Below are positions 14,474 to 31,240 of a stretch of DNA of 64,000 nt, in pieces. The translations under genes and the position numbers were made by a program. Position 1 is the first letter of the stretch, and each line of letters begins with the position of its first letter. The stretch is from the NCBI RefSeq assembly GCF_009914755.1, contig NC_060926.1. One strand, written 5' to 3'. This DNA is from the human T2T-CHM13v2.0 reference genome, Homo sapiens. The notes beneath the pieces were generated by a model. It was not told where the DNA came from, searched no databases, and saw nothing but the letters and a program-made list of their open reading frames with translations.

Positions 14474-17400
14474 AAGAAACAGTGGTTTCTTGTAGATACT
14501 CCTTTTTGGCAACTGAACAGTTGAGATAGTTGAAGCAAAATTCTCAGACACACGATTTGCAGTTTGGTGCCTTCAGAGTCCTTAGAAGGCCTTTTTAAAG
14601 ATAGCATACCAGCATCCAGTGTACACTTTTTCAAGTCTTTTATGAATAAAGTGGGAGTGTTTTAAGTGTTTGCAGAACATTTGGGTCTCTGAATTCTGCC
14701 AAAGTAATTGTTACATAGTTTTCTTCCTCGAAAAGGACTGGCAAACATTGGTCACCTTCTTCATTTTATTTAATTTATTTGAGCCTTTTAAGATTGGGTA
14801 TTAAGGAAGTGTGTGTATATGGGTGTGTGCATATGTGTAGTGCCAATGAAAATTCCATGTATTCTCTATTTGTTGCTTTACTCTCTGAAATCTGAGTAGT
14901 TCAGACAAAAAATAATTTTTTTACAAGGGTAAAAACTAAATTTAAAAGGGAAATCTAAATTTTATTATGTGTATGGAGAGGCACCTTATAAAATATTCAC
15001 TCTTTCATTAGCAGCCTATTTTAAAAAATGTGACTTCCTTGAAAGCAGAGTGTCTACCAGATCTATCTAAATCAGAGGAGTATATGTTTCAGGCGTTGTG
15101 ACTGATGGAGATAGTACCAGAGTGGCAGCTCCAATTGACTTTGCCCCTGTGCTCTCACCTCCCAGTCCTCCCTCTGCCACCTGTCCAGGCAGCCCATTTA
15201 GAAACAAATAATTAGCAAGCACTTAATGTTACCAGGCACCCTGCTAGGAGTTATAAAGACAGAATGATGGGATCATGACCTCAAGAGGCCATGGCTTATT
15301 GATGGTAAGTAAATAGAAGGTTTGTAATTATGAAGCAGTCTTTTAATGATAGGTCAGCGGTGCATAAGGTGTCGGAGGGAGTGCATGTGGGCACTGTCTA
15401 AGGTTGTCTAATTCAGACCAGGTGGTGGTGGTGGTGAGTGATTTGAGGAGGTTCCTGGATGTAGTGATACCTGAGCTAGGATTTGCAGGAAGAGCAAAGA
15501 GCTGTTCCAGGTGATAGGTTTGGAACTGAGACAAGAACATGATTCTTCTCTCTCAGGAGTTGCAAGAGCTTAGGACATGGATAGTGGGACCAGGCTAGAG
15601 AGATGGGCAAGGTCCTCGTGAAGAATCTCATTTTCTCTCCTAAGGCTTCTTGGCATTATTCTGATGGCATTGGGAGCCATTTGGTAGATTTTAGTTTTTA
15701 GGGGGATAAAATAACTGGAATTACATTTTAGCACGGTCCCTCTGGTAGCATTGTAGGGGAATGGATTAGGGATTACAATGAGAGATGAGGAGCTGGAATG
15801 AGAAACTCCTGCTGGAACTAACTCATGAGATTTTCAGGAGGTACGAGTTACCTTAGGGCCACCCTGTGGAGCGAGAGGGAGAAATGAAAGGTGACTGCGA
15901 AGGTTTGTGTCTGGGGCGGCTAGGAGAAGTGGGGATGCCATTCAGCGAGGGAGTGGTGGAGGAGATGCAGGGCGTAGAGGTCGGGGCTGTGAGTTCGGTG
16001 TTCGACAGGCGGAGTTAGTGATTGTTAGGAGACACCTGCACCTTGCAGGGAGCAGCTGTCAGCACCGGGTAACCAGCAAAGACAGAGAAGTGGATGATGT
16101 CACCAAGGAAGATTTTGTAGAGTAACAGTAGAGGATGCTGGAAAGTAGCCTGGGGATTATTGTTTCTTCATAAAACAAAAACCTGCAAGTTTATCTGATA
16201 ACCTGTGCGACTTAGATAATAAATGTGGTATCTTGGGAAGTAAGAGAACAGGTAAAGTATTTTCCCTCTGGGCTGTTCCAGGTATTGACTTTACGAACTT
16301 TAATCAATATAGAGGAGAACTAACAGAATACTTACAAAGCCTGGCATGGTAACATTCCAGTTTCTTTCCTAATGGTTATGACCTGTGGTAGCTCATGCCA
16401 GAGCTGTAGAAGCCTCTTTACCTCAAAGGTACAGGATGATAATTTCCACATCCATTTCTGCCTTGATCCACCTGTTTGAAGAAATGAATTTAGTGTCTGC
16501 TTATTGAAGCAGAAAATAATAAAGCATCTGGAATTTCTGTGCATCTTATGGAAAATTCCAGTTCATAGGATGTAGGATTAGAGAAGAGTAATTTGAGGGG
16601 GAGGATCTTGGCTTTTCTACATATTCCTTTTTATACATACACACACCCACACCCTACCCCATGCCACCCCACCCCCCACCCCACAATAGAGAAGAGCAGG
16701 GAAAGTAGATAGGCACTTTCCTATCTTTTTGAAACCTAGTCACAAAGAACATGGGCATTACCCTTGTCACACGCAGGGTATTACTGTTTTTATTCATTCA
16801 AAAGTTATTTAACGAGCTCCTACTGTGGTGAGCAAGTCCAGTGGAATCCAGGCCCTTGCTCTGCTATTAGAGGGATGAGGGCCTTTCTCTTCAAGGGGAG
16901 ATTCCCTTTCCTTGTGTCAGCCTTACATAGTCCTTTCTGGGTTTCCTAATGGTGGAACCACCAGGCAGAGTTCCAAGATGGCCAAGCCTTCCTCCCTTCT
17001 CTTCCTAAACTTCCCACAGCTATTTAAGAAGTACAGATGACTTCACAGCCCACGGGAGGCATGGCCAATAGCACCTTGAGAAAACCCAGCCCTTTTTAGA
17101 TAACCTCCTGGGACACCTGTATGTGTGATATAAACTGTCCTCACAGCTGGCCCTAGTCCCATGTGGAAGTGGGTTAGAGGATGATGATGTTTGTAGCATG
17201 CTGGAGTTTGGAGTCTCCATGCCATGGGCACACTCTTCCATACTGTTGCCCTCACTCTGACTTCTTCACCCTCACGTCACTCCCTTGCTGCTGTTGAGTG
17301 CCTAGAAGGGACCTTTCCATGATGGCTATGGTGGGAGCGAGGGATGTTTTGCCGTGAAATTGCCTTGAAAATAAAATAGTGGGTTCTATCACTGTAAATA

Positions 17401-17493
17401 CTCAGCTTTCTTTGGACAAAGGACATTGTCTTTGAACAGATGGAGAATATTGAAGAAAAAAGATGTCTCTACCATCAAATTCTGGACACTTGA

Positions 17494-18207
<714 letters not shown>

Positions 18208-18353
18208 TAACCTTTCCGTTTTAAGGAACAATAGTAGTGTTTTTAAGGAATACCATTAAGAAAGAACATTAGGAAAAAAGGTGCTTTAGTTCTCTGAGTG
18301 ACTTCTTTTAAGCTTAAGACAAGAATTATCACTTACTTACTAAGTAATCTGTG

Positions 18354-18888
<535 letters not shown>

Positions 18889-19910
18889 TCAGCAGGTGGC
18901 ACCAAATAGCTAAAACTTATCTGGGGAGAGGCATGCCTTGCTTGGGTTTTACCTTGGGTTGGGTTGGATTAAATTTTACTTTCTGTACTTTCAGAATTTG
19001 GGATTAATAGCACTTTCACATTTTCTCCCTAGAGATAGAATCCTCCAAGTTTGAATTTTATAAAAGTCTCTGATATTGATAATAGTCATGAAAGTTAACT
19101 ATATTCAAGATCAGATGATTGCATGACATTATTAATTTTCATTTTTTGGAAGGGTTTATGACTTTGAATGTTAAATGCCACTGTAAGATCATTCAATGGA
19201 ATATACTTACTCGATTAGATTTCTGAAGTTTTTGTGTTTTTATGAAATCCCATAAATAAATTGCTAACGTAGGTGTGAAAATTAATACACCCGTGAATGT
19301 ACTTAATTGAGATTGAGTATGTCTCTCTGATGAGAATCCAGGATTTTACTTCCATTCAGGATTTTTCTATTAGAGCAGAGATGGGTGACAGTTTGAGTCA
19401 CAGATGTTGTGGCTCAGTGGTAAAGTGGATTCAGTGCTTCTTCCTCAGGAACATGTGGGGTGTGTTGGCTGTGTTCTTGGATAGCATGTGAGAAAACAGC
19501 CATGACAAAAGAGCAGGCAGTTGTGTGCTGGTACCACCCAAGAGCCTACTGTTTATTTAAGGTGCAGTTAATTTGTTTCAGCTTATTTACTATGGAAACT
19601 TGGTTGCATGTGGCATGTGTGGTTATGTGCTGGAACTTTTAAAAAGCTGCATTTCAAGCACGATAAATGTTTCTTTTCTACATATATGGGTTTGTTTATT
19701 TTTTGTGTGGTGGCATATGTGAGGGGGAAGAATCATCTCTTGAATGATCCTTCTGTGTTGCTGAGTGGTGTCTGGTTTGGTTAGCACGCAGGCTGTGGTG
19801 AGGAGGCCTGCTGACTCTGGCCTAGGTGCACATCTTGGTGCACACTGAACAAGGCTTTCACTAAGTGAGCATCCAGCTACAAAAACCTGACAATAAATTT
19901 TTGAGTTTTA

Positions 19911-20248
<338 letters not shown>

Positions 20249-21256
20249 TCATACCACTTTAAAAGGGGTGTTGTCTTTTCACTCCTTTCTTCCTACATTT
20301 GCAGATTAACAACTTACTTAGATAGCTTCATATGCCTGACTGAGCCTGTTTCCCCCCAGTGAAATTTAAAATATGCGGGAATTTAACCACATTTAACCAC
20401 ACCCATAGGCATCAGGCATAGCACTAGCTCAGTTTCTCAATGTCTCGGGTCTAGTCAGTCCTTCACCAGGCCCTGTCAGTTCTCCCTCCAAAGCACATCC
20501 ACCTCTAAGCACATCCACCTCTTAACCATCCCCGCTTCTCCACCCAGAGCTGCACCGCCATCATTTCTGGAGTAGCCTCCCAAGTGGCCCCTGCTTCCAT
20601 TATTGCCGCCTAGAATCTGTTTTCCACACAGCCCTGGGAAGAATATTTTACAAATACACTCAAGGGTGGTGTCGGTTATTAGCTTAAAATCCTGCAGTTG
20701 CTTCCCGCCACACTTGGGCTCGCCCACCTCCCTCCCTAACCTTGTCTCCGAGTCTCTCCCGCTGCCCACTAGACTCAGCCACATTGAACTTGCCGTTCCT
20801 CCTGCATGCTATGCTGCTTCCTTTGCCTGAAACACTATTATTCTTGATCTGTGCGTGACTCATTCCTCTTGACATTGAGTTCTCAGTTTCAGGACCCACT
20901 CGAGAGGCCTTCCCTGATCACCAGATCTAAAAATAGTCACATGACTCTGCTGTCATTTTTTTTTATTTAAACTATCTTGCCTTTTCTTGTGTGCTTTTTG
21001 TCCAGCTCCTACCACTAGGATATAAGCTTCCCTAGAGCCAGGTCCTTATTGCGTTCATTTTTATCCCTAGCATCTGGTCCAGCACAGAGTACGTAGTAAG
21101 TCTTCATTGTATTTTGGTTCAATGAGTGAATAATAGCTATATTGAAGGGAGAAGCTGTGTTTAAAGCTTATCAGTTCAGGATAAAGAATAGCAAGCGTGT
21201 ATTGAGCATCTACCATGCACTGGTACTGTCCTTGGTTGCCATACACTTACATCTTA

Positions 21257-21539
21257 ATTTTTTTTTTTTATTGGAGTTTTGCTCCTGTTGCCCAGGTTAG
21301 AGTGCAATGGTATGATGTCGGCTCAACCAAAACCTCCGGCTCCTCGGTTCAAGCAATTTTCCAGCCTTGGCCTCCCAAGTAGCTGGGATTATAGGCATGC
21401 GCCACCACGCCCAGCTAATTTTTTATTTTTAGTAGTGATGGGTTGGTCAGGCTGAACTGGAACTCCCGACCTCAGGTGATCCGCCCGCCTCAGCCTCCCA
21501 AAGTGCTGGGATTAGAGGCGTGAGTCACTGTGCCTGGCC
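21257..21539 (-). mobile_element. AluS-type element
   Basis: Antisense Alu; TSD ttacatcttaat. Confidence 0.88.
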
Positions 21540-21735
21540 TTACATCTTAATCTTAAGCATCAGTTTTCTAATATGTAAGTGAGATGTTTAGATAAAATGA
21601 TCTGCTAGTTCTCTTATATAACATTTTATGAATTTCCAGGAGAAGCTTAAAGATTATAATTTATGGTGATACACAATGGGAATAAATGAGTTCATTCAGA
21701 AGCCCCACGTAGGTGTTGATCTACCTCCGATAACA

Positions 21736-22037
21736 TTTCTTTTTTTTTCTTTTTGAGACGGAGTCTCGCTCTGTTGCCCAGGCAAGAGTGCAATGGCACG
21801 ATATCGGCTCACTACAACCTCCGCCTCCCAGATTCGAGCAATTCTCCCTGCCTCAGCCACCCAAGTAGCTGGGATTACAGGCATGTGCCACCACGCCCAG
21901 CTAATTTTTGTATCTTTGGTAGAGACGGGTTTTCACCATGTTGGCCAGGCTGGCCTCGAACTCCTGACCTCAGGTGATCTGCCCACCTCGGCCTCCTAAA
22001 GTGCTGGAATTACAGGCGTGAGCCACTGCACCTGGCC
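21736..22037 (-). mobile_element. AluS-type element
   Basis: Antisense Alu; TSD ctccgataacattt / ctctgataacattt. Confidence 0.9.
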
Positions 22038-22424
22038 CTCTGATAACATTTTTAAATTGCAGAGTTTAAACTTTAGAAAGAAGGAATAAACCCACCATTT
22101 TGGGGGTATCCATCATCTCATTCAGTCCTGTCAACAACCTCTGAAGTATCTTCCCTCTTTAATGGTTGGGGAAACTGAGGCTTAGAGATACTAAGTAACT
22201 TGGCTAAGGTCACACATCTATTATGAGACAGTGCTAAAACCTAAAACCAGCATTGCTCCAGAAGACCTATTCTTGGCAAGCACTGTTTTTATTTTCTGCT
22301 CACTCTTATCCCAGTTGGTTCCGTGGGGACTGTATACACTTCAGACGTCTAAATGTTTTTCCTTTTCTTTCTCATAGAACTCTAAGAAGGAGCTGATGTG
22401 GAGGAGCAGCTGAGACAGTTCAAG

Positions 22425-22572
22425 ATGACGACCACAGTAGCCACAGACTATGACAACATTGAGATCCAGCAGCAGTACAGTGATGTCAACAACCGCTGGG
22501 ATGTCGACGACTGGGACAATGAGAACAGCTCTGCGCGGCTTTTTGAGCGGTCCCGCATCAAGGCTCTGGCAG
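22425..22572 (+). CDS. SPTBN1: SPTBN1 long-isoform first coding exon, coding part ([49 protein letters not shown] + 1 nt); whole exon 22378-22572
   Basis: Recognised beta-II spectrin N-terminus. Polypyrimidine tract and AG at 22376-22377, aagATG at 22425, donor CAG|GTGAGT at 22572/22573; 148 coding nt, phase 1. Confidence 0.97.
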
Positions 22573-25336
22573 GTGAGTCCTTCACACCTGTCACAGAGGC
22601 CCAGGATGCCTAAAATCAGGATGCCCCTTAAAATCATCCACCCTGTTCCCATGACGCTGTCATGTTCGAAGGTTGTCTCACTTCTATTTAAATGTGTCCT
22701 TGAGAGCCAGCTGACCATTTTATAAGGTAGTCAGTTCCATATTTGGAGAGCTGTCAACTCTAATGGCCAAAATTATTCAGAGCACAGAGTGTTATTTATA
22801 GCAATTCAAGAACAGCTGCCCTAAGTTTGTAAGAATTCTTTTATTTTTGACAAATCTTACATTCCAAAATATCAAAGCATACTATTCCTTATACTCAAAA
22901 ATATACAAATTAACCTGTGTACTTAGTGCCTGTGATACATTAACTGGCCTGACCTGTACCAAGATGGGTTAGTATTACACGCAAGGATTTTACATCTGAA
23001 AAGCAAAAGCTGAATCTGGTAAAGGCACATTTAATACAGTAACGAGTAAGTTTGCCATTGGTCCATTAGTTCGTGGAACATGTCCTTACTTTGTGATTTC
23101 TCATTCCCTTGTTGCTGGTGAACACCTAGAGCACACTTTCTCCATGGCCCCAGTGAGGGTGAGGAGTGTTTTACCCTAAAATTGCCCTGAAAATCAGGAA
23201 AGCGTTCTGTGGCTCTGAAAACTCAGCTGTACTGAATATATGTAAACCAAGTATCAAAACCGAGTTTTTTCAAGGTCCTGCATCTGTACTTTGAGATTTC
23301 AAATGAAATTTCAGATGAAGTTTATTCCAAATGATTTTTTTCTAATGTCTTTAATTGTGACAAGTAAATCAAAGTCATGACTTGAGAAGTTAAGTTTACT
23401 GTTAATTCTAACTACATAACTCACATTTTTGTTGCCTTTATAGTGGAATCTGATTATGAAGCATGCATCATTTAGAGTCATCTTGATTGTGGACAAAGGA
23501 AACCTAACCCAGAGTGGTTTAAGTGACAAAGAGGATTTATTGGTCACACAGTAGGCAAATTCAGTCTTTAAGCAAGACTTACTCCTGGACTTAAATGGTG
23601 TGACCAGGATCTAGTTTCTTTCTCTCTACTCTGGCTTTATTTTCTAGTGCAGGCTCTGTTCACAAGCAGGCTCCATCCTGTAGTCCCAAGATGGCTGCCC
23701 CAGGTCCCTGGCCCCCTTGGACTATGGACATCCAGCAGAAAAGAGGATGCTTTTCTGCTTACCATGGCCCGGATATATCAGTCTCACTGGCGTGATTGAT
23801 CATGACTTGGATCATGTGCTTCTCCCGCTGGTGTTGGAGAATCTCATGTGCTGTTAACTTCTAAACAGGATGCACCCCTTAGAGTGAAAGTTTGGTCAGT
23901 CTCAACCAAACAAGTTGGCTAGAAAGATTGGAATATAACAGAAAAGAGGAAGAGGAGAATGGATGTTGGGGGTACAGCTAACAATGTACTACAGAAAAAC
24001 TATTCAGCTGCTTTAGGATAATTTGTCTCTTGAGTGGTGTTGATTTAAAGATCTTTCTTGAGCTGGCCTGAATGAATGATTAATCAGTCACTCTAGAATT
24101 GGGGCTTCATTATCATTCATTAACATGGAACTCTATGGAGATCATGACCCTGGCTTGTGCTAGTAAAGTGATTTGTATTTTAATCTCTCACCTCTTTTTC
24201 TTGTATTTTCATTTGAGTCTTTAGGCCAGTATGCTAGTGATGGCCAGTTACCTTTGATCTTGAGTCTTACTTTCTGATTCCAGGCTATGTATTATCTCCT
24301 TTCTAAAGGACCATTTTGTTTGCAAACTACAGAACAGTTCCTTGTTCTTTGCATGTGGTCTTTCCTACAGTTTGAGAGGAGAGCCTCCAGCTGTCCTTAG
24401 TATCCATCATTTGTCTTAACCTTTCTAGGATGTTTACCTAGGTCCCTCAGTAACTGTAGTCATAATAATAGCAAGCACTCAATATAGTACTTATACTGTG
24501 TGCCAGGCACTGTGGGAAATGCCGGCATATATTAACAGTTAATCCCATAACAATCATATGAGAGAGATTATTACTGTCTACATTGTATAGATGATAAAAC
24601 AGGTTCCAGAGAGATTAAGAAGCTTGCCCAAGGGCTTACTGCTGCTAAGTGGCTGAAGGCATACTAACTCTGCAGTGTATACTCTTTTTCAGTATTCAGT
24701 AAAGTAAAAAAAAAAAAAAAAGATGTAAAGCTCATTGGCAGAGAGCATTGCTAGTGAGGTAATTCAAACATGTTAAAAAGATCTTTGGAATTCTCAGGAA
24801 TGCATCCTGTGGTCTAGAAGAAACCAGGGCAAAATATTGAAAAGGAAAGATGCTGCTTCCAGGTTAAATGATACTGGATGGGGGGGCAGGAATTGCATTC
24901 AGTGAATTTACAAGATACCAGGAAACCCATCTGTTGGAGGAAGGTAATGAAGGAAATTATCTTATCCTACTTATTATTTTACTTCCTTATTCTGTGGGAC
25001 AGAAGAATCTCTTGAGTCCTCTAAAAAACTATATGCTGATAGCAGGAGTTACAGAACAATTCAGTAGTGTCTGGAATAGAACAGTGGTTTGAAAAGTAGA
25101 GGGCTTGTTAAAGCACGGGATGCTGATTCAGTAGGCCTTGAGTGGGGATAATTTACATATCCAACAGGCCAGGTGATGCCCTGGCTTGGGGATCACATTT
25201 TGTGACTGATGCAGAGTACTGATGGTCATCCAGTCCCCTTCCTTCGGTGTTTGAGACCACTTCATCTGGACCGAGCTAAAGTCTAGGAAGAAATAAAGTT
25301 TCAAACCCAGTAGAGTTACCTCAAAGATACACTTGA

Positions 25337-25917
<581 letters not shown>

Positions 25918-26316
25918 TAGGCTAACCACTTGACTTTGAGGAAAGGGAGATATCTTCCTGTCCCTTATAGGGGAGTGATACAGTGATAGGCCCAACAGGA
26001 GGGAGTGCTATTGTGGGGTTTCTGCTGAACATGCATGTTCTAAAGCGAGACATTTTGCTTAGAGCCATAAAAATGTACATATCACATTTCCTGTGTCCCT
26101 CTAGGGCTTTCGGTAGATACAATCTAATCTAGGTTTCAGTCTGAATTCTGAGGCAGATCTGCAAAACATGTAGGAATTCATCTTTTAATGGTGTAGTTCA
26201 TCTTGTACTGATAGTGGAACCACCACCTGTGCCCTTTACTAAGCTGCTTTCAGGGTTTATGTATCTAAGGAAATAGGGTGAGGTAAACTACTTGTTACTA
26301 ATTCTCACCCAGTTGA

Positions 26317-26661
<345 letters not shown>

Positions 26662-26737
26662 TTAAAAAACATTTTTAAAATAACTTTTACTTTACGTGTC
26701 TTCATCTTATTCACCCTCAGGAATTGCTTTTAATTCA

Positions 26738-27370
26738 ATGCAGTATAATAAGAAATATATTTGGTCTTTGTTCTGGGTTCCTGGCATAGAGCTCCTAAAA
26801 CCAATGGAGTCTGCCGAGTGATGGGAGTGTCTTTTGTTACCCATAAGGTGTCCCTTTTCTGACACCTGAGTTTGTGCTAATTCCATGACTTTGGGTGGGG
26901 ATAGTCTCCCATCCCTAGCTAGCCTCAGGATGATGCTGTGCACCCAAGACTGAGCAGTTAGAGAATTGGAACTTTCAGCATCATCCACTCATCTGTGGGG
27001 GGAGTTGGTGTAGGTAGGGTGGGGTGCCCTGAGAGGACATGGAAGCCCCACCTCACCCCAGTACCTTGCCCTGTGCACTTTTCCATTTGGCCGTTCCTGA
27101 GTTGTAACCTTTATAATAAATTGGTAAACATAAAGGGGAAATTGTTTTCCTGAGTTCTGTGAGTTGTTCTAGCATATTATTGAACCTGAGGGGGTTCTTG
27201 GGAACCCCTGAATTTACAGCCTGCGGCCTGGGACTTGGAACTGGCATCTGATATGGGGGCAGTCTTGTGGGACCAAGCCCTTTATCCTATGGGATTTAAC
27301 AATAATGTCAGGTAGAGGTGTCAGAATTGAATTGAATTGTAGCATACCCAGTTGGTACTGGGGAATCAGA
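26738..27370 (+). mobile_element. MER21-family LTR
   Basis: taataagaaatatatttggtctttg...ggttcctggcatagagctcctaaaacc...ctgagttctgtgag...cagaattgaattgaattgtag. Confidence 0.7.
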
Positions 27371-27434
27371 CTACTAAGATATTTCACAGGGGAGATAGCA
27401 TCTCTAGTATAGTAGGCAGGGTGTCAGCTGGTTT

Positions 27435-27595
27435 TCTTGTTTGTTTAGAAATGGGGTCTTTCTGTGTTGCTCAGGCTAGAGTACAGTGGTAGAGTCATAG
27501 CTAACTACAGCCTTGAATTCCTGATCTCCAGTGATCCTCCTGCCTCAGCCTCTTGAGTAGCTGGGACTATAAGTGTGTGCCACAAAGCCTGGCTA
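27435..27595 (-). mobile_element. Alu monomer or truncated AluJ
   Basis: Single diverged antisense Alu arm. Confidence 0.75.
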
Positions 27596-28014
27596 TATCG
27601 GTTTTTGTTTTTTGTTTTTTTTTTTTAATGTAGAAATCAGGCCTGTGATCACTTGTCCAGTACCAGCTTATCATTACAACAATGAATCGGCCAGCAATCA
27701 GTCACTTCCAGTGCCTAGTTCTTTCATTTTCCTTAAACTCTGCTGCTTGAAAATCAGTCTGATTCATATCTGCGTCACTCATCGCCACCCCCAGCTCCTT
27801 AGTAGCCAGAAACATCAGCGTGATGATCAGGAGGAAATACAGAGAACTTGACCTGGAGCACCTGGCAGGATTGAAAGCAACAGCTTTTTCTCCAAGCAGA
27901 GAAAAGCTTCATCTGAAAGCTTCCCCCTCATGCAAGTTGAATGATAAGAAACCTCAAGTCTTCAGCTTGTAAAAATTTAAGACTTAGATGTGTTTTAAGA
28001 AAATAATTAGAATT

Positions 28015-28308
<294 letters not shown>

Positions 28309-28959
28309 TTAGAATTAACATTGAGTATTGTCATATACTCCAAAATTTTATGTTTATATCCAAGAATATTTATAGATATCCAAAATATATTAACATGCAA
28401 TCCTCATGAAAAGTTATTAATGAGACACTTTACATTTTTTATACTACGTCTTTGAAATATACATCTTTTGTATATGTAACAGACTGGCAAGATATATACT
28501 TATTCCTAAAGTGGAATGTGGAGTGAAAACATGGTAGATGGTACTTCCCCACTTCTGAGGTGTTACTGTTTACAGTTTGGAAGGAAGCTGAGGAGAGCGT
28601 TGGTCAATCCTGTTAACTAGCACAGTGAAGTAGTTTTTATGTTTTCTGTAAATGATTGCTTGCATCCCGTGATTGCAGGCCCACTTTCCTGACCTCTGAC
28701 CAGTTGCCTTGGTATCATGGAACATGCAGTGATTCAAACTAAGCTGGACTTTTTGGAAACCAGCATTTTATTTGAAGTAAAAAGAAAACAGTTACACAAT
28801 TTTTTAAAGACTACGTCTTCCCCTAATTTGTGTTGATTCTACTGTGAGACAAGAAAAATGCATTTCTGCTTGAGGTGCAGTAACAAAACTAGCACAAATT
28901 TCTTTCCTTCTTAACTATTTCTCGGATAGAAGATTCATTCTTAACATAGACCTTATCAT

Positions 28960-29351
28960 TATAGGATTTTTTTTTCTTTTCTTGTTGAGAACTTTTACTT
29001 TTTCACTTAAAGGAAGCATTTGACAGTCGCTTCTTTTTAGCATATCTGAATTGCCAGCCCAGGGCCATTATTAAGTCAAATAAGGGTTACCTGACAGTTA
29101 ATCTGATAATCAAGACGGCTGCTAAGTGACTAACAGGGAGCGTCTGCAGTGTGTGTCTGCTGGACAAAGGGATGATTCACATACCAGGCGGGATGGAGCG
29201 AGATGGCGCAAGATTTCATCACAGTGCTCAGGATGGCATGCAATTTAAAACGTATGAATTGCCTATTTCTTCAGTTTTTCATTTCATATTTCCAGACCAT
29301 GGTTGACTGAAGGTAACTGAACCATGGAAAGTGAAACCCAGGCTAAAGGGG

Positions 29352-29358
<7 letters not shown>
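28960..29358 (-). mobile_element. MER44/Tigger7-type DNA transposon fragment
   Basis: Terminal ggttgactgaaggtaactgaaccatggaaagtgaaacccaggctaaagggggactagtg matches the recalled MER44 end. Confidence 0.72.

Positions 29359-29401
<43 letters not shown>
29356..29401. repeat. (GT)23 microsatellite
   Basis: Perfect dinucleotide run. Confidence 0.97.
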
Positions 29402-29402
<1 letters not shown>

Positions 29403-29575
29403 TAAACCATTTGACTTCTAGTGAACGAACAGAGCCAACCTCTTCCTGAATATGTAAAGAAATCTATAAAACATGGCCTAGAATGATCTAATTAGGAGGA
29501 GGAAACCTATTTACATGAGACTATATATGTATACAAGTGCCTGGAAGTTAGTATAGGCAATGATTGCTGTAGTAA

Positions 29576-29869
<294 letters not shown>

Positions 29870-29885
29870 TAGGGGGAAAGATTGA

Positions 29886-29897
29886 TCTCTCTCTCTG

Positions 29898-29937
<40 letters not shown>

Positions 29938-29959
29938 GCACGCACACAAACACACACAC
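29886..29959. repeat. Compound (TC)n(CA)n microsatellite
   Basis: Read directly from the sequence. Confidence 0.92.
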
Positions 29960-31240
29960 CCCAGTCATTTTAAGGGGTAGGGTCTAGTGACCTAAAGAGC
30001 ACTGGAACTTGGAGAGAGGAATCTGGGACCTGAGTCTCGTCGTGGCTGCTTCATTTTCCACTGCAGCAAAATTGAAGAGGCTAGGCTGCAGGTCTCTGAG
30101 AACACCTCTCCTTAAAACAGAAAGTCTGCTTTGGGCTGCTTAAGATAGTATATGCCATCTCACGCCTGGACTCATTGTCTAAATCATGTTAGGGCTCTTC
30201 TTGTTCGCACACCTAACATTCTGTTCAGAGGTGACACTTTCCTGCCCCAAGGGAAAGAGAACAGCTTCTTGCATGGTGGAATGGGTTTTTACAGAGAGGA
30301 TTAACAGGGATTTAATAGCTACCCATTATTTTCCTCATCTACTCTTCAGGCTGTATCCCTAAATTATGCATTATTTGGGACTATTTGTGAAAGAGGTGTG
30401 GCCCCTAGCACACAGTAACTATACTACCATTGTTTGTGAAATCTGAATCTGAAAGAGCATTTTATATCCAAGTTGTTCATGAAAGCTATTGAGAGAAAGT
30501 CTGTTGAGGTCTTTGCACGTAGTCCTAGATTATACCCTCAATTTATTTTTCACATATAAATGGTTTCCATGGTTTTCTCACCATAGAGGTGGAAGAATCT
30601 TTGCTTTACTTTTTTAGGTGTAGTTTTCCTCTGGTTCCTTCTCCCTCCTCTGTCTGTTCACCACTATAGACCCAGTTTCTCCCCTGCTTCTGAAATCAGC
30701 TTGGATTCCTTCTCCTGTTCTACCTCAGACTCTCTTCTCACCTCAGCAATGGCTGAAATCTCACAGTCGCTGAGGTGAGTGATCCAGGCATGGGAGAACA
30801 TGCAGATGGAAGCCTCGTGCTCCCAGAGTTTCTGACTATTCACCATGCACTCATCCCCCTTCCTGGCCCAGCCCCTATTCCTGCACCTCACTCTTTGAGA
30901 GCCCAGGTTCTCCTTCCTCAGTCACCTCAGAGAACCTCTCTTGATCCTCATTCCCCTTTTTGTCTCCTGTTCCACCCCTAGCCTTTGTCTGAACTCCTCA
31001 TTCTCTCCACTCCACCAGAATTCTTTCCCTAAGTCACTCACTTACTTTTGAGGCGCTCCGTTCTTCTGTGAAAAATCTCATAGAATTGAGAGTTGATTTA
31101 TGACTGAATTAAAGGAATACAATTGCTCTTCATTTGGGGACTGCCTGTGTAAGCAAAAGAGGAAAAATGTATGTGACCTTTCTGCCTTCTTATCCTTTTC
31201 CTGGCTCTGTCTGCATACATGTTCTCTCACACACACATAT

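Noticed and set aside
20491-20522. 16-bp tandem duplication aagcacatccacctct x2
   Set aside because: Ordinary slippage duplication in an old repeat with no functional clue.
22398-22613. 72-codon ORF starting at GTG 22398 as a stand-alone small gene
   Set aside because: It is the SPTBN1 exon read from an upstream GTG through the splice donor into the intron.
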